NCBI GenBank assembly: GCA_963704755.1
Contig: OY969938.1
Span: 2,730,001-2,762,000 of the forward strand
Direction of reading: 5' to 3'
DNA length: 32,000 nucleotides
Origin: an uncultured Chloroflexia bacterium
Lineage (GTDB): Bacteria > Chloroflexota > Anaerolineae > Anaerolineales > Anaerolineaceae
Made by a program: the position numbers and the translations under genes. The notes under the pieces were generated by a model. The model saw only the letters and a list, made by a program, of their open reading frames with translations. It was not told the DNA's origin and did not search any database. Positions 17,970-24,102 of the stretch are shown in pieces; positions within the stretch are counted from its first letter, which is position 1; each line of letters starts with the position of its first letter.

Positions 17970-18012
17970 TTGACAAACTAATTCAATTAGTTATAATACT
18001 AATGTAATTAGT
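17970..18012 (+). promoter_or_regulatory. Near-consensus promoter with two TetR-type palindromic operators
   Basis: TTGACA (17970-17975), a 16-nt spacer, then TATAAT (17992-17997). Operator 1 is AACTAATT-C-AATTAGTT (17976-17992) and fills the spacer. Operator 2 is ACTAAT-GTA-ATTAGT (17998-18012). Their centres are 21 bp apart. Confidence 0.6.
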
Positions 18013-18096
18013 TTTCTGGAGGAAACGATAAATCCCCAATTTTTACAGGTAAAAGACGGCACGATTGCATACGATGATACCGGGAGCGGCCCGCTG

Positions 18097-18852
18097 GTGG
18101 TCTGCGTCCCTTCGATGGGCGATATTCGCGCGGAATATCGCTACCTCATCCCGCAGCTCGTCGTGGACGGCCGGCGGGTGGTCAGCATGGACGTGCGCGG
18201 CCACGGTGAGACCAGCGTCCGCTGGCCGGACTACTCGGTGGCCGGCGTCGGCCAGGACATCCTCGACCTGATCGCCAGCCTGGACGCCGGCTCGGCCGTG
18301 CTCGTCGGCACCTCGATGGCGGCCGGCGCTGCGGTCTGGGCCGCTGCCGAAAAACCCGCCGCGGTCACCGGGCTGGTGATGATTGGCCCATTCGTGGGCG
18401 GGGAAGGTAGCTGGAGCAGCCGCCTGCTCTACACCACTTTATTTGCCCGTCCCTGGGGGCCGAGTATGTGGCTCAAGTACTTCCGCACGCTCTATCCATC
18501 CCAAAAGCCGGCCGATTTCGAGAGCTACTGCCAGGCGCTTTACCAAAACCTGCGCCAAACCGGCCGCCTGGAAGCCCTGCGCTCGATGCTCCTGGCATCC
18601 AAAGGCGCATCCGAAAAGCGGTTGGGCAAAGTCGGCGTGCCGGTGCAGATCTTGATGGGCACTAAAGACCCGGATTTCAAAAACCCTCAGGCAGAAGCCG
18701 AATCGCTGGCCCACAGATTGGGAGCAGCCTTAACCATGATCCCCGGGGCAGGCCATTACCCCCACGCCGAAATGCCGGATCAGGCCGGTGCAGCGATCCT
18801 GGATTTCCTGAAATCTTTGAGCTTGACCAGAGACGCAGCATATGTCGCCTAG
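18097..18852 (+). CDS. Alpha/beta hydrolase fold protein (true start probably upstream, near 18028)
   Basis: Nucleophile elbow LVGTSMAAG and C-terminal GAGHYPHAEMP. The frame is open from 17974 and encodes NPQFLQVKDGTIAYDDTGSGPLVV upstream of the track's GTG 18097, which looks like the genuine N-terminal strand. GGAGG lies at 18018-18022. Confidence 0.88.
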   Translation: MVCVPSMGDIRAEYRYLIPQLVVDGRRVVSMDVRGHGETSVRWPDYSVAGVGQDILDLIASLDAGSAVLVGTSMAAGAAVWAAAEKPAAVTGLVMIGPFVGGEGSWSSRLLYTTLFARPWGPSMWLKYFRTLYPSQKPADFESYCQALYQNLRQTGRLEALRSMLLASKGASEKRLGKVGVPVQILMGTKDPDFKNPQAEAESLAHRLGAALTMIPGAGHYPHAEMPDQAGAAILDFLKSLSLTRDAAYVA

Positions 18853-19435
18853 AGCCGGTTTAGACCGCATGACCGTTGTCCAGGCGGCCGCAGACCTGAT
18901 TAATGCCGAAGGTGCGAGCGCGCTGACCCTTGCCCGCCTGGCCGCCAGCCTGGACGTGCAACCGCCCTCGCTTTTCAATCATGTCCATGGAACGGCCGAC
19001 CTGCTGCGTGAGGTCCGCTTGCTAAATGTACGCCAGTTGGGCCAGCGGCTGGCGGAGGCTTCCATTGGCAAATCCGGCAGCGCTGCGGTAGTGACTATGA
19101 TGCAGGCCTATCGCGAATATATCCAGGAGAACGCCGGGATCTATTTGCTGGACCTGCGTTCTTCCGGCGCACAGTCCGCGCCGGACCCGGAACTGCAGGC
19201 CGCCGAAGAGCGAGTGGTACAGGTTACCCTGACGGTGATGGCTTCGTTGGGATTGACCGGTGAAGACGCGCTGCATGCCGTGCGCGGGCTGCGCAGCCTG
19301 GTGCACGGGTTCACTACCCTGGAAGTCTCCGGCGGGTTTGGCCTGCCCTTGGACCTGGATGAGAGCTTTCGCCGCCTGGTCGCGGTCTTTCTCGGCGGGC
19401 TGGAAGCCGGTCCACGGAACCGGCCGACGGCGTAA
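18842..19435 (+). CDS. TetR/AcrR family transcriptional regulator
   Basis: 197 aa with an N-terminal HTH (ALTLARLAASLDVQPPSLFNHV) and a C-terminal ligand-domain-like region (GLRSLVHGFTTLEVSGGF). The ATG overlaps the hydrolase stop by 11 nt, suggesting one operon. Confidence 0.9.
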   Translation: MSPRAGLDRMTVVQAAADLINAEGASALTLARLAASLDVQPPSLFNHVHGTADLLREVRLLNVRQLGQRLAEASIGKSGSAAVVTMMQAYREYIQENAGIYLLDLRSSGAQSAPDPELQAAEERVVQVTLTVMASLGLTGEDALHAVRGLRSLVHGFTTLEVSGGFGLPLDLDESFRRLVAVFLGGLEAGPRNRPTA

Positions 19436-19447
19436 GGAAGACTGAGC

Positions 19448-19502
19448 TGTTTCACGTGAAACATTTCGGAGTGCGGAAAATGCAATGTTTCACGTGGAAC
19501 AT
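19448..19502. other. Two copies of a TGTTTCACGTG(A/G)AACA palindrome, 38 bp centre to centre
   Basis: 19448-19463 TGTTTCACGTGAAACA is a perfect 16-bp palindrome. 19485-19502 ATGTTTCACGTGGAACAT has one T/G mismatch. Confidence 0.7.
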
Positions 19503-19642
19503 AACCGCGCAGAGGAAATTTGGCCACGAATAAATACGGATGGACACAGATAACGAAATCCAAATCTAAAACAATGAAATCCCACTCGGCACTTGGTGTT
19601 CATCCCCCCGGTATCCAATACTCACCCGATAATTCATTAAAT

Positions 19643-19716
19643 ACCCAAACACAGTAATACCCAAACACAGTAACACCCAAACACCGAAACACCCAAACAC
19701 CGAAACACCGAAAACC
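19643..19716. repeat. 16-bp C/A-rich tandem repeat, about 4.5 copies
   Basis: ACCCAAACACAGTAAT / ACCCAAACACAGTAAC / ACCCAAACACCGAAAC / ACCCAAACACCGAAAC / ACCGAAAACCC. The distal part has an 8-bp sub-period, (C/G)AAACACC. Confidence 0.9.
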
Positions 19717-19811
19717 CGTACCACAACCAGCCCTGACACTTGACACCTGGCCCGTGACACTTTCAACACCGAATCGCTGAAACACTGGATCACGATTCCC
19801 CGCCGCCCGCG

Positions 19812-19842
19812 TTAACATCTCGTTAACAATCCATGCTATAAT
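19812..19842 (+). promoter_or_regulatory. Pho-box-like direct repeat abutting an extended -10 promoter of the DUF47-PiT operon
   Basis: TTAACA (19812-19817), TCTCG, TTAACA (19823-19828), giving an 11-bp period. Then 5 nt and TGCTATAAT (19834-19842), an extended -10 whose TATAAT hexamer (19837-19842) starts 8 nt after the second TTAACA. Confidence 0.5.
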
Positions 19843-19882
19843 GGGCACTCCGGCAGCATTAGCGCCGAAGGGCCAAATTTCA

Positions 19883-20512
19883 ATGAGTGTCCATAACATT
19901 TTCAAACCCAAACCCGATAAATTTATGCAACTCCTGGTCGAACAGACCGAACTGACCGTGAAGGGCTTACATCTGCTGAAGACCTACATGGAAAAGCGGG
20001 ATGCCTCGATTGCCAAAAAAATCAACGATAAAGAAAACGAGGCGGACGAGATCCGCCGGGTGTTGATCGAGGAGTTAATGCGTTCATTCTTAACGCCATT
20101 CGACCGTGAGGATATCTTTTCCCTTTCCCGCGAGGTGGATGATGTGCTGGACTACACCAACACCACCGTGGATGAAATGGAGATCCTGGACGTACCCACC
20201 ACGCCTTATATGGTGCGCATGGCCTCCTTGCTGCACGACGCCGCTCAGGAAATCGACATGGCCGTGCAGCGCCTGCAGGATAAGCATTTTAAGGTGGCCA
20301 ATGATCATGCCCAGGCGGCCAAGGCACTGGAGAATCGGGTAGAAAGTGTCTACCGCGAGGCGCTGGCTGAATTATTCCAGGAGCCTAAAAACCTAAAACA
20401 AATGATGATCTTGATGAAAACCCGTGAGGTTTACCGCCACATGAGCAACGCCGCCGACCGGGAAGATGCGGCTGCCAACGTCATATCCGACATCATCATG
20501 AAGATGTCCTGA
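19883..20512 (+). CDS. DUF47 family protein (PhoU-like Pit accessory protein)
   Basis: Helical protein of about 209 aa, MSVHNIFKPKPDKFMQLLVEQTELTVKGL..., immediately upstream of a PiT transporter as in the ykaA-pit type arrangement. The ORF-track ATG at 19841 lies inside the -10 box, so I prefer ATG 19883. Confidence 0.8.
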   Translation: MSVHNIFKPKPDKFMQLLVEQTELTVKGLHLLKTYMEKRDASIAKKINDKENEADEIRRVLIEELMRSFLTPFDREDIFSLSREVDDVLDYTNTTVDEMEILDVPTTPYMVRMASLLHDAAQEIDMAVQRLQDKHFKVANDHAQAAKALENRVESVYREALAELFQEPKNLKQMMILMKTREVYRHMSNAADREDAAANVISDIIMKMS

Positions 20513-20525
20513 AACTGGGCATCCC

Positions 20526-21509
20526 ATGGTCCTCCTGGTCATTTTCATCAGCCTGGCGCTAATCTACAGCTTTCTCAATGGATTCCATGACGCCAGCAAC
20601 ATCGTTTCGACGATTATCTTTTCACGCGCCATGCAGCCGGTCGTGGCCCTGGTGTTGGTGGCCCTGGCGGAATTTGGCGGGCCATTCGTTTTTGGGGTGG
20701 CCGTCGCGCGCACGATCGGGTCCGATTTCATTCAAACCGGCTCGGTGGGCCTGTTAGCTTTAGCCGCTGCCATGACCAGCGCCGTGGTCTGGAACTTGAT
20801 GACCTGGTACCTGGGCATCCCCAGCAGTTCCTCTCATGCCTTGATAGGGGGCTTACTCGGCGCAACGGTGGCTTCGGCCGGTTATACCGTCATTATGCCG
20901 GCCGGCCTGTTGACCATCCTGGCCGCGCTTTTTCTGGCCCCGGTCGTCAGTCTGATCGCCGGATGGCTGATCACAAAAATCGTTTTCTTTCTGGCCCGCA
21001 AAGCTACCAACAGAATCAACTGGTTCTTCAGGAATATCCAGATATTAACCGGGGCGATTTTGGCGCTCAGCCAGGGCGCGAACGACGCCCCTAAATCGAT
21101 GGGTGTGATTATGCTTGGGCTGGTCGCTTACGGCCTGGTTCCATCCACGCTCGTGCCGGGCTGGGTGGTATTTACCTGCGCCGGCGCGCTGGCCCTGGGA
21201 ACCGCCCTGGGCGGGTGGCGCTTGATCCGCACCGTGGGTGCGCGCTATTTCAAGATCCATGCCGTGGACGGGTTTTGTTCGCAGCTTGCCGCCGGCAGCG
21301 TTTTGTTGATCGCCTCGCTGGTCGGGGGCCCGGCCAGCACCACCCAGGTGGCCAATTCCTCCGTGATCGGGGTGGGCTCGGCATATCGCTTGAGCAAGGT
21401 GCGCTGGAATGTGGCCGGCCAGATTGTCTTGACCTGGCTGCTGACCATCCCGGTCACCGCGCTGGTCTCGGCCGGGCTGTATTACCTGCTGCACTGGTTC
21501 GGTGTTTAG
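20526..21509 (+). CDS. pit: Inorganic phosphate transporter, PiT family
   Basis: 327-aa polytopic protein with the two PiT signature repeats LNGFHDASNIVST and SQGANDAPKSMGV. Confidence 0.9.
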   Translation: MVLLVIFISLALIYSFLNGFHDASNIVSTIIFSRAMQPVVALVLVALAEFGGPFVFGVAVARTIGSDFIQTGSVGLLALAAAMTSAVVWNLMTWYLGIPSSSSHALIGGLLGATVASAGYTVIMPAGLLTILAALFLAPVVSLIAGWLITKIVFFLARKATNRINWFFRNIQILTGAILALSQGANDAPKSMGVIMLGLVAYGLVPSTLVPGWVVFTCAGALALGTALGGWRLIRTVGARYFKIHAVDGFCSQLAAGSVLLIASLVGGPASTTQVANSSVIGVGSAYRLSKVRWNVAGQIVLTWLLTIPVTALVSAGLYYLLHWFGV

Positions 21510-21513
21510 TAGA

Positions 21514-21576
21514 AAATATCTCAGGGTTTGGTTTCGACTATAAAGCAGCCGAAACCAAACCCTGAGATATTTTTTT
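21514..21576 (+). terminator. Rho-independent terminator of the DUF47-PiT operon
   Basis: AAATATCTCAGGGTTTGGTTTCG ... CGAAACCAAACCCTGAGATATTT forms a 23-bp stem followed by a T-run. Confidence 0.85.
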
Positions 21577-21743
21577 AACGATAAAACGGTAATAGGACAT
21601 ATGTTCCATTCATCGATTTGCATATTTTTACATGCTTAGCAAAAAGTATTTTTTGACCGCAACCCAATTCTAGAAGGCCCACTTTTGAATTTGTATCTTC
21701 GACGGCCGGCCCGTGCAAGCGTGGTATATTTACCCCATTCACG

Positions 21744-22949
21744 ATGAGTAATATACCTTCACGCCCATTAGCTATTCGTACCCAGCCGTTCCAGGAATTG
21801 GTCATCCGCGAAATGACCCGCCTGGGAGAAGAAGCCGGTGCGGTCAACCTTTCGCAAGGCCTGCCGGATTTCGAGCCGCCGGCCCAGGTACTGGAAGCGG
21901 CCCTGCAGGCCATTCGCTCCGGTGAAAACCAGTATACCTTCCCATTCGGCCTGCCGGCTTTTCGCCAGGCCCTGGCGCACAAGTCGGCTGCTTTCAACCA
22001 TATCCCGGCCGATCCCGAGACCGATATCACCGTCACCTGCGGGGTCAGCGAGGCGATTTTGTGCGCCTTCCTGGCGCTCAGCGACCCCGGTGATGAGGTC
22101 ATCCTGTTCGAGCCCTGGTACGAGAATTACGTGCCCGATTGCCAGATGGCCGGGCTGACCCCGCGTTTCGTCAGCCTGCGCCCGCCCGATTACGGTTTCG
22201 ACCCGGACGAGCTGCGCCGGGCTTTCAACGCCCGCACCCGTATGATCGTGGTCAATACGCCCCATAACCCGACCGGTAAGGTTTTTTCGCGGGAAGAGTT
22301 GGAACAGATCGCGGAACTGTGCCGGCAGCACGATGTGGTGGCCGTCACCGATGAGATCTACGAGCGGATCGTGTACGCTGGCTTCGAGCACGTCAGCATA
22401 GGCAGCCTGGAGGGCATGCACGACCACAGCGTCACCATCAGCGGCCTGGGCAAGACCTACGCGGTAACCGGTTGGCGGGTCGGTTGGGCCATTGCGGCCC
22501 CGCGCCTGACCGGTCTGATCCGTAAAGTCCATGACTATTTGACTGTATGCGCGCCGGCGCCGTTCCAGGCCGCCGGTATCGCTGCCCTGCAACTGCCGTC
22601 CGGTTATTACACGGAAATGCAGTCGGCTTATAGCGCCCGCCGGGTTCAATTGTTAGCTGCCCTGGACGCAGCCGGTTTCAGCTACCTGCAGCCGCAGGGG
22701 GCCTATTATGTGATGGCCGATTTTTCTCGCCTGCATTGGGATCGAAACCGCTACGCCTGCCCCGAATGGACCCCGGACCGCAATTTTGCCGAGTACCTGG
22801 CCCGCGAGATCGGAGTGGCGGTAGTGCCCGGGGCGAGTTTCTACACCCGCGGGCGAGGCGGTGAGTTGGCCGTGCGCTTCAACTTCGCCAAAACCGACCA
22901 GACCCTGCAGGAAGCCGCCCGGCGCCTGGCCCGGCTAACGAAGAGATAA
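21744..22949 (+). CDS. Pyridoxal-phosphate-dependent aminotransferase, class I/II
   Basis: 401 aa with VNTPHNPTGKVF and the PLP-lysine motif SGLGKTYAVTGWRVGW. Confidence 0.92.
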   Translation: MSNIPSRPLAIRTQPFQELVIREMTRLGEEAGAVNLSQGLPDFEPPAQVLEAALQAIRSGENQYTFPFGLPAFRQALAHKSAAFNHIPADPETDITVTCGVSEAILCAFLALSDPGDEVILFEPWYENYVPDCQMAGLTPRFVSLRPPDYGFDPDELRRAFNARTRMIVVNTPHNPTGKVFSREELEQIAELCRQHDVVAVTDEIYERIVYAGFEHVSIGSLEGMHDHSVTISGLGKTYAVTGWRVGWAIAAPRLTGLIRKVHDYLTVCAPAPFQAAGIAALQLPSGYYTEMQSAYSARRVQLLAALDAAGFSYLQPQGAYYVMADFSRLHWDRNRYACPEWTPDRNFAEYLAREIGVAVVPGASFYTRGRGGELAVRFNFAKTDQTLQEAARRLARLTKR

Positions 22950-22973
22950 TGACACAACACGCCTAAAAAGAGA

Positions 22974-23150
22974 TTAACCACGGAGACACGGAGGGCACGG
23001 AGAAGAAGAAGAGAAATGACTGTTTTAAAAGAATGAGTGCCTAAAGCAGATCGGCCCGGTCTCCAGACCGAGGCCGCTCTTATCGGCTGGTCAGTAGGAT
23101 TAACCTCGGAGGCACGAAGGCACGGAGCACGGAGAAAAGAAAGAGAAGAT
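22974..23150. repeat. Second CACGGAG-octamer composite element, with arms in direct orientation
   Basis: TTAACCACGGAGACACGGAGGGCACGGAG, purine-rich tract, GCCTAAAGCAGATCGGCCCGGTCTCCAGACCGAGGCCGCTCTTATCGG, then TTAACCTCGGAGGCACGAAGGCACGGAGCACGGAG and a purine-rich tract. The left part looks closely similar by eye to the reverse complement of the right arm of 17695-17960. Confidence 0.85.
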
Positions 23151-23290
23151 TTTTTTCGAAAATGCCCCGGCGTAGGGTGCGTTTGAGGGCTGACTTCCCT
23201 GGCACCGGCGAACCACCAGGCCATTAGCCTGCCCCGACGTGCCCGGAACGCACCGTTAGAACGCAGCCTTTACGAAAGGAGTAATCCTGG

Positions 23291-23884
23291 GTGGATCGAA
23301 CTTCCTTCCCCTTTCCGGGCCAGCGGATTGTCGTGGTCGGCGCGACCGGCACTGGAAAAACAACGCTGGCGGCTGCGCTGGCGCAGATCATCGGCGCGCC
23401 ACACGTCGAACTCGACTCGCTCTATTGGCAGGCGGGCTGGCAGGCGGTGCCACGCGAGGTGTTTTGTGAGCGCCTGCGGCTGGTGGTGGCAGGCCCGACC
23501 TGGGTTGTGGACGGGAATTATTCCTTTGCCCGCTCATTGACCTGGCATAATGCCGACACTCTGGTCTGGCTGGATTATCCCTGGTGGCTGAATTTTCACC
23601 GCCTATGGCAGCGCTCGCTGCGCCGCCTGTTCCGCCATGAGGTGTTGTGGAACGACAACCACGAATTGCTGAAAAATTTATTTTTCTCGCCCGAGCCGCT
23701 TTTCTTGTATATGTTTAAATCCCGCCGCAAGCAGCAGCGCAGCTACCCGGCCGCCCTGCTGGACCCGCAGTTCAGCCACCTCGTGCTGGTCCACCTGACC
23801 GGCCCGCGCCAGGCCGAAACCTGGCTGGCCTGCGTCCGGCAGGAATACGATACAGTCCTGGATAAGCACAAGGCTGTATTGTAA
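23291..23884 (+). CDS. P-loop NTPase, adenylate-kinase/topology-modulation-protein-like
   Basis: 197 aa with Walker A VVGATGTGKTTLA and the context HVELDSLYWQAGW...WVVDGNY. GTG start preceded by AAAGGAG. Confidence 0.75.
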   Translation: MDRTSFPFPGQRIVVVGATGTGKTTLAAALAQIIGAPHVELDSLYWQAGWQAVPREVFCERLRLVVAGPTWVVDGNYSFARSLTWHNADTLVWLDYPWWLNFHRLWQRSLRRLFRHEVLWNDNHELLKNLFFSPEPLFLYMFKSRRKQQRSYPAALLDPQFSHLVLVHLTGPRQAETWLACVRQEYDTVLDKHKAVL

Positions 23885-23900
23885 AATTTTTTATCTATTT

Positions 23901-23926
23901 GTAGCCGGTTTTCAAAGCCGGGCTAC
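23901..23926. repeat. Solitary copy of array hairpin H1
   Basis: GTAGCCGGTTTTCAAAGCCGGGCTAC differs by one base from the H1 variant CCGGTTTTGAAAGCCGGGCTAC in array unit 15217-15321. It starts 17 nt after the stop of the P-loop gene. Confidence 0.75.
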
Positions 23927-23959
23927 CTTAAATGTGACTACTCAGCTACCCGATAGAAA

Positions 23960-24018
23960 GAGAGTGTTTTTAAAGATTTTCGTGTGCGAAGCACACGAAA
24001 ATCTTTAAAAACACTCTC
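23960..24018. terminator. Perfect 28-bp-stem palindrome between convergent genes (likely bidirectional terminator)
   Basis: GAGAGTGTTTTTAAAGATTTTCGTGTGC-GAA-GCACACGAAAATCTTTAAAAACACTCTC. Confidence 0.7.
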
Positions 24019-24102
24019 AACTTCTTAACCAGCCTGAGCAGTTACCCTTAAATAACATCAGAGGCGCACCGATGTACGCCTCTGATGTAGAAATTACAGA
24101 AA

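Noticed and set aside
18002-18007. ATG at 18002 as a leaderless start for the hydrolase
   Set aside because: It is out of frame with the hydrolase and is followed immediately by TAA.
19643-19716. G-quadruplex on the minus strand (four GGG runs from the 16-bp repeat)
   Set aside because: The GGG tracts are separated by 13-nt loops, well outside the canonical limit of 7 nt or fewer. This cannot be supported from sequence alone.
19566-19911. Minus-strand ORFs across the 16-bp tandem repeat (19566-19793, 19600-19911)
   Set aside because: The periodic FGV/WVL translation is a direct product of the tandem repeat. The 16-bp period is not a multiple of 3, and the ORFs run into the phosphate operon promoter.
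21575-22102. 175-aa minus-strand ORF spanning the PiT terminator and the aminotransferase 5' end (also 21045-21623 -)
   Set aside because: It crosses a strong terminator and an intergenic promoter region and is antisense to well-supported CDSs, with no recognisable motifs.
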